DNA of 64,000 nucleotides from a virus (taxonomy: Duplodnaviria > Caudoviricetes). Below the pieces are notes generated by a model. It did no database searches. It was given only the letters and a program-made list of their open reading frames with translations, and had not been told where the DNA came from. The stretch covers positions 2,398 to 66,397 of IMG/VR virus record IMGVR_UViG_3300024309_000086; one strand, 5' to 3'. The translations under genes were made by a program, and so were the position numbers. Numbering within the stretch: position 1 is the first letter of the stretch; every line of letters begins with the position of its first letter. Below are positions 1-8,535 of the stretch, one piece after another.

Positions 1-1110
1 GCCCGCTGCGTAGGCATCGGGAGCGGCGAGCGTTTCGTGCTGCTCGATGTACATGAGTGACGACTTGCGTCCCTCGTCGGAATGCCGATGGCCGACATGG
101 GCGTAGGCATATTTCGACCGCCCGTACTGCTCACGGAAGATGCCGGCGAGAGTGGCGTCGACGTTCTGCACGCCACGACGATGACCGTGATGATAGAGAA
201 GCAGCGTCCGGCCCCACTCATAGGCATAGTAGAGCATCGGCGAGTTATCGACCGTGATGCGCGGCTCGTTTTCGTACATGGCGGCAAGCATTTCACGCAG
301 CCAGGCAGACGAAGCTGGGTCGTGATTGCCGGATGCCATGACAACGTGCACGTGCTGATGCTTCTGCAAGAGCATGTCGATGATGCGGCGGATAGTGCGG
401 ATAACGACGCGGATGACCTTCTGCAGGCGGCTGTCCGCGTCGAGGACGTGCTTGTGCGCGGGCGTCACGCTTTCCAGCGCGTCGTGATGCATCAGGTCGC
501 CGAGCTGCGCCAGAACAGCCGTGTGAGCCTGTGGCGCGCCAGCAATCGCGGCGGCGAACCAATCAAGCAACAGTTGCTCGGCAATTTTCAGGTCGTAGGA
601 CGCGCCGGTCTCCTCGGCCCACGCCAGCATTCCGAAATGATTGTCGGTTACAACGAACTGGTTGAGTAGATCGCCCTCGACGCTGGCCGGAGGCGGCATG
701 ATGGTGACGCGCGGTAGGTCTTCCTTCAACGCCTCAACCGCCGCCGCGAATGCAGCGGCATAGCTCTCCGCCGTCGCCCGCTCCATGATGTGCTGCGTGA
801 TGACGCGGCCCTCCGCATCCACCAGCGTCGTCTTGCCCTTCACGGGCAACGTTGGCGTATATTCCTCGCCGTGCGCCTTCCGCTGCTTGATGAAGGTGCC
901 CGTCGGCGTGTCAGTGCGACTGTGGATCACATAGCCTGGCATTGTCTCCGCCGGACCAAGCAACCCCCGCTCCGCCGCCCGTCTAAGGCGATTCTGGAAA
1001 CTGGAGCGTGCCAGCCCGAGCGAGGCTGCCGCAGCCGATTGGTTGCCGTGCTGCTGGAGCGCCGCTACGGCCTCGGCGATCTGTTCGTCAGTTAGGATGG
1101 GTTGGGGCAT
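1..1110 (-). CDS. Calcineurin-like metallophosphoesterase with N-terminal HTH-like segment (3' end runs off the window)
   Basis: Hand-translated (absent from the ORF track because it has no stop in the window): MPQPILTDEQIAEAVAALQQHGNQSAAAASLGLARSSFQNRL..., then motifs TDNHFG, LGDLMHHD, SGNHD, YHHGH, HVGHRH; AGGAG RBS. Confidence 0.8.
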   Translation of the reverse strand, partial: MPQPILTDEQIAEAVAALQQHGNQSAAAASLGLARSSFQNRLRRAAERGLLGPAETMPGYVIHSRTDTPTGTFIKQRKAHGEEYTPTLPVKGKTTLVDAEGRVITQHIMERATAESYAAAFAAAVEALKEDLPRVTIMPPPASVEGDLLNQFVVTDNHFGMLAWAEETGASYDLKIAEQLLLDWFAAAIAGAPQAHTAVLAQLGDLMHHDALESVTPAHKHVLDADSRLQKVIRVVIRTIRRIIDMLLQKHQHVHVVMASGNHDPASSAWLREMLAAMYENEPRITVDNSPMLYYAYEWGRTLLLYHHGHRRGVQNVDATLAGIFREQYGRSKYAYAHVGHRHSDEGRKSSLMYIEQHETLAAPDAYAAG

Positions 1111-1238
1111 CACTGCTCCTTGTGGACGTATAGGAAATAACCGGCGATCAGCACGCCGAGAAACGCAGGGCTTGCTTGGGAAAAGAGCATGCCGGCTGAG
1201 ACGATAAGGAACAGTCCAGCCCAGTTGATGGTACTCAT
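1110..1238 (-). CDS. Small membrane protein (42 aa)
   Basis: Hand-translated MSTINWAGLFLIVSAGMLFSQASPAFLGVLIAGYFLYVHKEQ; TGATG coupling to the next gene. Confidence 0.6.
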   Translation of the reverse strand: MSTINWAGLFLIVSAGMLFSQASPAFLGVLIAGYFLYVHKEQ

Positions 1239-1573
1239 GCCTCACCTTCCGGCGGCGAAGGCAGCGGCATCCAATGGGTGGCCCGATGGACACGCCTTCC
1301 GCTAGCGTTGTAGATGAAGCGACCGGCTCCCGCGTAGCAAACGGCATATCCATGGCCGGTGATATAGGCAATGAACCGGTCGCTGCCGTTGCTGATCGGC
1401 GCACTATCTATCGGCTGCCACTGCGGCCCCGGAACCACATCCACCCCGAACCCATGCTTCCGCAGCACAGCCAGCGCAGCCTCCAGCGCGTCACGGTGGC
1501 CCTCGTCGTAAGCGTCCATGATCGGGGCGCCGCCAAGCGCCTCGATCTCGCGATATAGCCCGGACAGCATCAT
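1235..1573 (-). CDS. DUF551-like phage protein
   Basis: C-terminal WQPIDSAP...THWMPLPSPP signature; start moved to the MMLSG codon. Confidence 0.7.
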   Translation of the reverse strand: MMLSGLYREIEALGGAPIMDAYDEGHRDALEAALAVLRKHGFGVDVVPGPQWQPIDSAPISNGSDRFIAYITGHGYAVCYAGAGRFIYNASGRRVHRATHWMPLPSPPEGEA

Positions 1574-1758
1574 CTCGTCACCACCAGAGCGCCGCGTCCA
1601 GCCCAGTAGGCGGGCCATATGTAACCGGCCGCCACGCTGTCAAAGCCGCATGTCCTAGTTGCCTCTTGGAACGAGTCACACCGATGGTTCGCGTAGTATC
1701 CGCCTGTCAGGAACGCGCCGGTAAGGTAGATTGCAGCAGCAAGCACATACTTCATCAT
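1570..1758 (-). CDS. Small membrane/secreted protein (62 aa)
   Basis: MMKYVLAAAIYLTGAFL hydrophobic N-terminus; ATGA overlaps on both sides. Confidence 0.55.
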   Translation of the reverse strand: MMKYVLAAAIYLTGAFLTGGYYANHRCDSFQEATRTCGFDSVAAGYIWPAYWAGRGALVVTR

Positions 1759-2420
1759 GCCACCTGCCCCATCAGCTTGCAGACCGTAGCTCCCGGCACA
1801 GCCGTCCCGAAGCCAGACAGCGATGGGAACATGCCGCCAGCCGGCGCAGTGAGAACGCCAACCGTGATGCCGACTAGATTGCCATCGGCATCGAATACGC
1901 CGCCGCCAGACATGCCGGGGACAGTCGTGATGTCGGTAACGAACACGGACTGCCAAGGGCCGAACTTGCGATCACCTCCAGCTACGCGCCCGTAGGAATC
2001 CACGAACTCAAGAATGGTGGGATTGCCGCGCGCCGTAATGGTCTCCCCGGTAACAGGGACGCGGCAGGAAAGATGACTGGCGGCGAGGCCATCAGCGCCC
2101 GCGCGCACCAGAGCGATATCGTAAGCCTTGTTGGACCACAGCACTTCCGCCTTGCGGGTTGCGCCATCATCCAGCTTGATTTCAGTCTCCTTCGCGTCAC
2201 CGACGACATGCGCGGCGGTCACGATGAAGCCGTCGCCGATATGAACACCAGAACCGTGCCCCTTGCCCTCGATGATTTTGACGATGGAGCCGGCCTTATG
2301 AACCGGGGGCGGCTCTACAGCGCCGAGGCTGACGGCCAGGATGATCAGGATTGCGGCGAGCGCGGCAAGAACCGCACCGTATGCACCGAACATAAACGCG
2401 AAAGTACGTCTCATCAGCAT
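1755..2420 (-). CDS. Trypsin-like serine protease with N-terminal membrane anchor
   Basis: TAAH(His), YDIAL(Asp), GMSGG(Ser) triad; RBS AGAGGAGG before MLMRR. Confidence 0.88.
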   Translation of the reverse strand: MLMRRTFAFMFGAYGAVLAALAAILIILAVSLGAVEPPPVHKAGSIVKIIEGKGHGSGVHIGDGFIVTAAHVVGDAKETEIKLDDGATRKAEVLWSNKAYDIALVRAGADGLAASHLSCRVPVTGETITARGNPTILEFVDSYGRVAGGDRKFGPWQSVFVTDITTVPGMSGGGVFDADGNLVGITVGVLTAPAGGMFPSLSGFGTAVPGATVCKLMGQVA

Positions 2421-2509
2421 GCCTCCTCTGTTGTGGTAGGAGCCGCTTGGTGGGCGGCGCGTCCGCGGCACTGGCCGCCGGTATTGACGTTGGTAACGCC
2501 AACTTTTCG

Positions 2510-2538
2510 ACATTAGTTCATTTTTACAATTTTGTCAA
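2510..2538 (-). promoter_or_regulatory. Repeated phage promoter/operator, copy 1
   Basis: TTGACA-AAATTGTAAAAATGAAC(17)-TAATGT on the minus strand. Confidence 0.8.
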
Positions 2539-2611
2539 GATGCTCAAACGAAAATAGCGCCCTCCGCGGTTAGGCAGAGGGCGCTTGCATAGGAATATCT
2601 TCACATTGGCA

Positions 2612-2645
2612 TTGACTCAAATCCCAATGAGAACATATTGAGAAC
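2612..2645 (+). promoter_or_regulatory. SOS promoter with alphaproteobacterial LexA box
   Basis: TTGACT at 2612; GAAC-ATATTGA-GAAC (2631-2645) matches the GAAC-N7-GAAC box and overlaps the -10 region. Confidence 0.8.
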
Positions 2646-2722
2646 AGATCGGCGAGCACACTCTCGCCCCTCAGAAAATTACAAATTCACCCCTGCTGTG
2701 ACGCCCACAGGAGACCGAAGAC

Positions 2723-3988
2723 GTGCGCCTTCCTGAAACCATCGAGCGACTTTATCTGGACTTCGACGGCTTCTTCGCATCGGTCGAGCAGCAATGCGAT
2801 CGCCGGCTTCGCGGCCGGCCGGTTGGCGTTGTGCCTTTTGCCGGAACCACGCGGACGGCGGTGATCGCTTGCAGCCGGGAGGCTAAGGCCTACGGCGTAA
2901 AGAACGTCATGCCAATCGATGAAGCCAAGAAGCTCTGTCCGGATATCATCCTTGTGCCGCAGAAGCCGGACCTCTACCGCCGCGCCCACAATGCCCTACT
3001 ATGCGAAATCGAGACCGTAATCCCCATCGATACAGCCAAGAGCATCGACGAGCTTACCTGCAAGCTGGATGAAGAAGGACGAAGGCGGCCCGAGCATCTG
3101 GCGGCCGCCATCAAGACAGCGATCGCCGAGAACATCGGCCCCTATATAACCGCCTCGATAGGCATGGCCGCCAACCGGCAACTGGCGAAAATCGCTTGCA
3201 AGGCCGGTAAGCGGTCTGTCGGCCGATATGGGGACGGCCTTGCCATCTGGCATCCGCATATGATGCCCGGCCCGCTGCTGGAAATCCCCCTTGAAGATAT
3301 CCCAGGTGTCGGAGGCAACATGTTCAAGCGGCTCATGCGCATCGGCATCTATGACACCCCTGCCCTCTACCGCATGGATCCGAAGCACATGCGGAAGGTC
3401 TGGAACAGCGTCAACGGCGAGCGCCTATGGTACGCTCTTCATGGCTACGACATCCAGGCGCCCGTAAGTAAGCGCGGCATGTTCGGGCATGGCCGTGTGC
3501 TGCCGCCCGAGGCGCGCTCGATCGAGGGTGCCCGGGAAATCTCCCGCCTACTGCTGATCAAGGCCGCCCGTCGCCTGCGACGCGAGGCATACTACGCCGC
3601 CGGCCTTTGGCTATGGCTATCCGTCAAGGATGGGTCGTGGATGGGAAAGCGGCACCTGCCTGTCGTGAATGACGATCAGGCCATACTTGCCGGGCTCGCG
3701 GAACTCTGGGACGAGGTGCGAAAGAACTATCCGCGCGGCATGACCATCTTCCGGGTCGGCGTGACGCTCTACGACATCAGTCCATCTGGCGAACGACAAC
3801 TCGACATGCTGCACAACGACGACCGGACCCGCCAGAGATGGGAGCGCGTTACTGCTGCTATCGATGGCCTCAACACGCGCTATTCGGCTACCGTCGTCAA
3901 TCTTGGGCACTGGAATCCGCCGAAGGGCGGGCACGTCGGCGGCAAGATCAGCTACACGCGCATTCCGTCGGCGGAGGATTTTTGGTGA
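2723..3988 (+). CDS. Y-family (DinB/UmuC-like) error-prone DNA polymerase
   Basis: YLDFDGFFASVEQ, SIDE, IPGVG motifs; C-terminal QLDML clamp-binding-like motif. Confidence 0.93.
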   Translation: MRLPETIERLYLDFDGFFASVEQQCDRRLRGRPVGVVPFAGTTRTAVIACSREAKAYGVKNVMPIDEAKKLCPDIILVPQKPDLYRRAHNALLCEIETVIPIDTAKSIDELTCKLDEEGRRRPEHLAAAIKTAIAENIGPYITASIGMAANRQLAKIACKAGKRSVGRYGDGLAIWHPHMMPGPLLEIPLEDIPGVGGNMFKRLMRIGIYDTPALYRMDPKHMRKVWNSVNGERLWYALHGYDIQAPVSKRGMFGHGRVLPPEARSIEGAREISRLLLIKAARRLRREAYYAAGLWLWLSVKDGSWMGKRHLPVVNDDQAILAGLAELWDEVRKNYPRGMTIFRVGVTLYDISPSGERQLDMLHNDDRTRQRWERVTAAIDGLNTRYSATVVNLGHWNPPKGGHVGGKISYTRIPSAEDFW

Positions 3989-4230
3989 TGGGCGGTTGGA
4001 AAACGAAAATCCGCGTCAGCGATCTTGCCGACGGCCAAAAGCTGGAAATCACATGCAGGCGGTGTGGAAAGGTCCGCTATCTCACGAAGGCGAATCTTCC
4101 GGACCCTCAGATGTATCTGGATGAAGTTGAGCGCCGACTCGGCTGTAAAGCGCTAAAATGCGGCGGCCGCGCTCGCCTAGACATGGTTCGAACTGATGAG
4201 ATGAGCGGTTTCGTTGGAGGTTTGGCCTAA
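3988..4230 (+). CDS. Small zinc-ribbon-like protein
   Basis: CRRC and CKALKC cysteine pairs; TGATG coupling to the polymerase gene. Confidence 0.7.
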   Translation: MGGWKTKIRVSDLADGQKLEITCRRCGKVRYLTKANLPDPQMYLDEVERRLGCKALKCGGRARLDMVRTDEMSGFVGGLA

Positions 4231-4283
4231 ACTCTTGCCGGGGTCGCGCGGCGCCCTATTCTTCTCCCAATTGGAGGACGGCC

Positions 4284-4502
4284 ATGCAGACATTCCCGCA
4301 ACCACGAAAAGCAATAGGCTACGGAGATATGCAAATTGACTGCGAACAGGCGTTAGACGACCCAGTGCGCGACTTGATAGACGCCGCCATTGTTTCCGGT
4401 TGGCCGCCGGAGACCGTGTTTGCGGCGATCAAGAGCGTTGTCGCCAACCGCGAGCGCGCTTACGCCGAAGATCCTGACCCGGCGCCGGACCCTGTACCAT
4501 GA
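4284..4502 (+). CDS. Hypothetical protein
   Basis: 72 aa ORF with GGAGG RBS. Confidence 0.6.
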   Translation: MQTFPQPRKAIGYGDMQIDCEQALDDPVRDLIDAAIVSGWPPETVFAAIKSVVANRERAYAEDPDPAPDPVP

Positions 4503-4750
4503 ATCGCGGCTATTGGAACCGGCCCGTCACCTTCGAAACCATGACGCTCGGCATGTACCGGACGATCTCAAGCACGGCTGAGGCGGCACGCGTTCTCCTC
4601 GAAGACTGGCCGGTCGACGAAGGGTCGGCATTTCTGCGTGCAAAGTCTACGTGCCTCTCTGCGCTGGAAGGTGGAATTGACCACGAAGAGGCGCGGCAGG
4701 CGTTCCTAACGGCGGCGGAAGAGGCCGGGGTGTTTGTTCGCGATAGTTAA
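4499..4750 (+). CDS. DUF982 family protein
   Basis: WNRPV...ISSTAEAARVLLEDWP...EARQAFLTAAEEAG, typical of the rhizobial DUF982 pattern. Confidence 0.8.
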   Translation: MNRGYWNRPVTFETMTLGMYRTISSTAEAARVLLEDWPVDEGSAFLRAKSTCLSALEGGIDHEEARQAFLTAAEEAGVFVRDS

Positions 4751-4813
4751 GGCGCCAGCCACACGCATTGCAAGAATCATATTTTATATAATGATAATGG
4801 ACCAGCGCTCCAT

Positions 4814-5149
4814 TTAGCCCGACCGCCGCGTCGGCCTCGCCTCATAGAGCCTGTCCAGCCGCTCACCAAGGCCGTCGATCCTGTTGCCGACCCCCTCAAT
4901 TGCCCGCATGATCTGCGCCGTCTGTTCCTGCATCCCCGCCTTCGTAACATAGGTCTCAGCGGTATGCAGCTTGTGATCGGCAAGTTCCTGTCGCGTTAGC
5001 GTGGCGAGAGCGTTTGCAGCGGCGGCCATGCCGGAGGCTTCCGTTTTGGCCTTGTCCACCCTCCCCTCGATGCGCCACCAGATGCCCGACAGGGCACCGA
5101 ACAGCATCACGAAGAAGCCGACCGCAGCCATGATTTCCGCGCCGGTCAT
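4814..5149 (-). CDS. Lysis-module membrane protein (holin or antiholin-like)
   Basis: N-terminal TM segment plus coiled coil; last gene of the lysis cluster. Confidence 0.55.
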   Translation of the reverse strand: MTGAEIMAAVGFFVMLFGALSGIWWRIEGRVDKAKTEASGMAAAANALATLTRQELADHKLHTAETYVTKAGMQEQTAQIMRAIEGVGNRIDGLGERLDRLYEARPTRRSG

Positions 5150-5222
5150 CCTACAAGCCCTCGCGCCAGTACAGAAAGCCACAGCGCTTGCAGCCAAACC
5201 TTGGCGTACATATTGCGCCCCT

Positions 5223-5417
5223 TCATGGCCGCACCCCGCAAAGCCGCTGTAGCTTCGTGTTCTCGGTGAGAATCTGCTGCTTGGTCTCAGCGGTCATCTT
5301 GTCATCGACGCTGGGGCGGATCGCCCGCGCCACGTCGCAATAGTTACCGCCCACCGTCGCGCATCCACTCGCTAAGGCGCCGATCAACATCAGCGTCGCC
5401 CATACCTTGAATCTCAT
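5223..5417 (-). CDS. Outer-membrane lipoprotein spanin (o-spanin, Rz1-like)
   Basis: Lipobox LASG-C; overlaps the 3' end of the i-spanin. Confidence 0.75.
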   Translation of the reverse strand: MRFKVWATLMLIGALASGCATVGGNYCDVARAIRPSVDDKMTAETKQQILTENTKLQRLCGVRP

Positions 5418-5601
5418 CTTCCACGCCCCTCGCCTTCTTGATGGCTTTCGCGTTGTTGCGGGCCTGCTCCGCTTCGGCATCAGCCTTGCCGCCGGCTCGC
5501 CCATACAGAAAGACGCCCGCAATGACTGCGAGCGCCACGCCGGCTGCGGCGAGCCAGCCAGATACGCGAGACCAGATGCCCGCTGCGATGGTCGCCAGCA
5601 T
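5344..5601 (-). CDS. Inner-membrane spanin (i-spanin, Rz-like)
   Basis: N-terminal TM plus periplasmic helix, directly after the endolysin. Confidence 0.7.
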   Translation of the reverse strand: MLATIAAGIWSRVSGWLAAAGVALAVIAGVFLYGRAGGKADAEAEQARNNAKAIKKARGVEDEIQGMGDADVDRRLSEWMRDGGR

Positions 5602-6539
5602 CAGACAACGGCCTCCTTGCCCCGCCAGGTGTTTACCCACCGCGCGATGATGTCCCGCTTGCGGTAAGCCACATAGCCGACCACGGCTACGGCCACGCCA
5701 GCAGCGATCCAGCCCCACGGTAGACCTGCGGCAAGCGCAAGGGCGCCTGAGCCGACCGCCGACCCTGTGCCCTTCGTGACAGTCTCGCGCACCAGACCAG
5801 CATCGCGCCGAAGCTGCGATAGCGTCGCCGGCCCGAGAATGCCGTCGGCCACGAGGTGCGGGTGGGCTTTCTGGTAGGCTATCACCGCAGCGCGCGTCTT
5901 TTCGCCCATCCAGCCGTCGATGGCGCCGGGATTGAAGCCCTTGCTGGACAGGATTTCCTGCGCTTCCTTGACGACGGGATCGGGCTTCGTCTTGGTCGGC
6001 GTAGCGGTGCGCGGTTCGCCTTCCGGCTTGCTAGACGTGACGCCGGCATAGTTGCCGTTCAGGAAGAGGTTGGCCTCCTCCTTGCGACGGCGCACCAACC
6101 CGGCCAGCTTCTTGCCGCCAGCCGTGTTGTAGTGGCTGCCGAGATATGCTGCAGCTTCCTTAATTTTTCCGGCCCGCCAGAGATTGGCCCACTCCCAACC
6201 CATGGCGCCCGTGCCGAGATTGTAGATTGCACTGACTGACGCATCCATCTGGTGCTGCTTGCGATCGGCCGGGCTGTTCTTGACGACGGCAGGCTCAAAT
6301 TCTGCGGCAAGCACCTCGAGCAGGATTTCGTCGGACTGTTCCGCGGTAATCTTGGTCTTGCCGGGCACGAGCTTGGTGATGCCGCGCTTTGCAAGGGCTG
6401 CGCGGACTGCGGCGCTCCGCATGGTGAAGCCTTGCCCGATCGTCGGTACGCCGACGGAATCCAGGTAGCAGGTCAGGGGGTTTCCCTCGTGTCCACGCAG
6501 AAACGCGCGGCCACGCTGGGACGTGGTCGTGATGGCCAT
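5601..6539 (-). CDS. Endolysin (GH24 lysozyme + peptidoglycan-binding domain + C-terminal hydrophobic tail)
   Basis: HEG...YLDSVGVPTIGQG, GLVRRRKEEA; DGWMGEKT / DGILGPAT PG-binding repeats. Confidence 0.92.
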   Translation of the reverse strand: MAITTTSQRGRAFLRGHEGNPLTCYLDSVGVPTIGQGFTMRSAAVRAALAKRGITKLVPGKTKITAEQSDEILLEVLAAEFEPAVVKNSPADRKQHQMDASVSAIYNLGTGAMGWEWANLWRAGKIKEAAAYLGSHYNTAGGKKLAGLVRRRKEEANLFLNGNYAGVTSSKPEGEPRTATPTKTKPDPVVKEAQEILSSKGFNPGAIDGWMGEKTRAAVIAYQKAHPHLVADGILGPATLSQLRRDAGLVRETVTKGTGSAVGSGALALAAGLPWGWIAAGVAVAVVGYVAYRKRDIIARWVNTWRGKEAVV

Positions 6540-6609
6540 TGGATGTCCTTGAGACTTGCACTACCGACGTATCTAGGCTTTGATCGCGTAGGTTGGTGCG
6601 GAGAGTAAA

Positions 6610-7212
6610 ATGAAACTTGGAACGGTAGTGGTATTGCTGGCGATGACTACGCCAGCATTGGCCGATGGCCCATATGTCGGCGGCTTTGTCAGCGCAGGCG
6701 CATATGGTGAGATGGGGTGGACTGGCCCCAACTCAAGCCGCGGCTCGACCATGTTGGGAGGCTTCGCAGGCTATGGCTTCCAGGCTGGGGGACTGATCAT
6801 CTCGCCGGAGGTGCGCGTTTATGGCGGCGCCAATCAGCAGGTACGTATGGACAACGTCGACACAACATCATGGCCGGGCTTCTCAGTAATCGACCGCCTA
6901 ACTTTTCAGGAAGACATTGGCGCTTCTGCTGGCGTTAATCTAGGGGCGCAGATGGGGGCATTTACCCCATATGTCGGGGCATCCGTTGGAGTTTCGCGCC
7001 TGAAGTATAAGACGCTCTTTACGCCTCCAGGATTCGTGTTCGCACATACGTTCAAGGACACCAGCGTTTCACAGTCAGTGCGTGGAGGAATCCAATACAA
7101 TTTCGAACGCTATTTTGTCCGCGCGGAAATTGAACGTCGCTGGTTCCAGCAAGACTACGTCCCAAACTACCGCAAGACCGAGGCCAGCCTCGGCTTCGGC
7201 ATGCGCTTCTGA
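6610..7212 (+). CDS. Outer-membrane beta-barrel protein (Omp25/RopB-like), moron
   Basis: Signal peptide, GPYVGG, alternating beta-strand pattern, terminal Phe; opposite strand to the late operon. Confidence 0.8.
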   Translation: MKLGTVVVLLAMTTPALADGPYVGGFVSAGAYGEMGWTGPNSSRGSTMLGGFAGYGFQAGGLIISPEVRVYGGANQQVRMDNVDTTSWPGFSVIDRLTFQEDIGASAGVNLGAQMGAFTPYVGASVGVSRLKYKTLFTPPGFVFAHTFKDTSVSQSVRGGIQYNFERYFVRAEIERRWFQQDYVPNYRKTEASLGFGMRF

Positions 7213-7815
7213 TTAAGGCCACTCAACATCTGCGGCGGCATGGACCGCCGTGATATCCGCCGCCGCATCCACGGCCGATTTCGCGCCGAGACGGGCCGCC
7301 TCGATGGCGGCGCCGATCACCGCCCATTGCGCATTCGCCTGCGAGACCACCATCGCCACGCCGGCGAGGGTGGAGGCGGTAATCCCGACCTCCGCGGCGA
7401 GGAGCGGATAGCGTTCCGGCTGCGGATGCTCGTCCAGCACACAAGCCGCCGCCTCGGCCGCCTTCTGCTGGTAGGTCATGGCCTGCCCGGCGCCGGGCGT
7501 GATGTATTTCAACCGGGCGCGCTCGGCCGCTTCGTCAATGCCAGCCTTGGCCGCGCGCTTGTGCTCCTCCAGGGGCGTTGGATCGTCCCGAAGGGAATGG
7601 ACATATTTCGGCCGGCCCTCGACAAGCTCGACGGTCGTCGAGACGACCTGCTTGCCTTCTGGTATCTCGTCCGCCGGCAGTATCTCCGCGAGCCGGAAAT
7701 CGCCATCGGACCAGCCATCTTGCGCAGGCGACCCTCGCTTGCCGTTTGGCAGGTCGAACCATACTCCCGTCCTGACCTCACCAATCACCGCGTTACCATA
7801 TATTAGTGCAAGCAT
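7213..7815 (-). CDS. Tail fibre assembly-like protein
   Basis: ARLKYITPGAGQAMTYQQKAAEA motif; position after the fibre genes. Confidence 0.6.
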   Translation of the reverse strand: MLALIYGNAVIGEVRTGVWFDLPNGKRGSPAQDGWSDGDFRLAEILPADEIPEGKQVVSTTVELVEGRPKYVHSLRDDPTPLEEHKRAAKAGIDEAAERARLKYITPGAGQAMTYQQKAAEAAACVLDEHPQPERYPLLAAEVGITASTLAGVAMVVSQANAQWAVIGAAIEAARLGAKSAVDAAADITAVHAAADVEWP

Positions 7816-7830
7816 GAAGGCTCCGTGATT

Positions 7831-8535
7831 TCAGCTGTTGGGAAACGCGCGCGTCGGAACGGAAAACGACGACGTGTAGCGAGCAACCCCTCGCGTTATC
7901 CGAAGGTCATCGATGTAACCATTGTAGTCACTGTTTTCCGCTCTCCCGATCACCAAAGGGTAGGAAGGACTATCCTGAGCTGTTGGGCTATAGGCGGCGG
8001 TCGCCTGCAAGCTACCATCGATAAACAAACGAACAGAACCAGCAGATTGCGTCATAGCGATGTGATGCCAGGAATTAAGAGATATCAACCCAGATCCGGT
8101 GGATACAGCAGTTGCCGATCCTCGGTAATAATAGAATTGAAGAGCGCCTCCTGAAACAGGACCGAACGACCAATAGTCGATCGTTCCCCCATCTCCATTA
8201 TGTATTAGGTTTGGCCGTGTCGCGCCAAAAGCGTTGGCATTAATCCAACACTCTATTGTGTAAGGAACGTCCCACCAACGAAATTTTCCGGTAGTATATG
8301 GTACTGTTAGGCGAGCGCCGCTGCCATTAAAATACCCTGAGGCACTTCCAAACATTTTCTTAGTATCTGTCGTAATTACACTGCCAACACGTGTAGGTGT
8401 GACTGCGTAAATAGAGTTGTCCGCGAAGACGGTTCCATTGTTGGCGCCGTCGAAGTGCATCAAGAGCGCGACACTTGAAAAATCCGGGTCCCGCGGCTCA
8501 GCAAAAGGCATACTAAACGGGTATGGGAACGTCAT
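7831..8535 (-). CDS. LamG/concanavalin-like domain tail protein
   Basis: VALLMHFDG, YTIECWI, WHHIAMT, LFIDG, YIDDLRITRGVARY. Confidence 0.85.
   Translation of the reverse strand: MTFPYPFSMPFAEPRDPDFSSVALLMHFDGANNGTVFADNSIYAVTPTRVGSVITTDTKKMFGSASGYFNGSGARLTVPYTTGKFRWWDVPYTIECWINANAFGATRPNLIHNGDGGTIDYWSFGPVSGGALQFYYYRGSATAVSTGSGLISLNSWHHIAMTQSAGSVRLFIDGSLQATAAYSPTAQDSPSYPLVIGRAENSDYNGYIDDLRITRGVARYTSSFSVPTRAFPNS

Noticed and set aside
82-669. 195-aa plus-strand ORF
   Set aside because: Antisense shadow of the metallophosphoesterase, which has clear catalytic motifs.
4768-4800. dif or att site in the AT-rich patch
   Set aside because: Does not match the XerC/XerD consensus; no direct repeat partner seen. 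The att sites probably lie outside the window.
5150-5226. 24-aa Cys-containing ORF between o-spanin and the holin-like gene
   Set aside because: Too short to support; no RBS evidence beyond the ATGA overlap.
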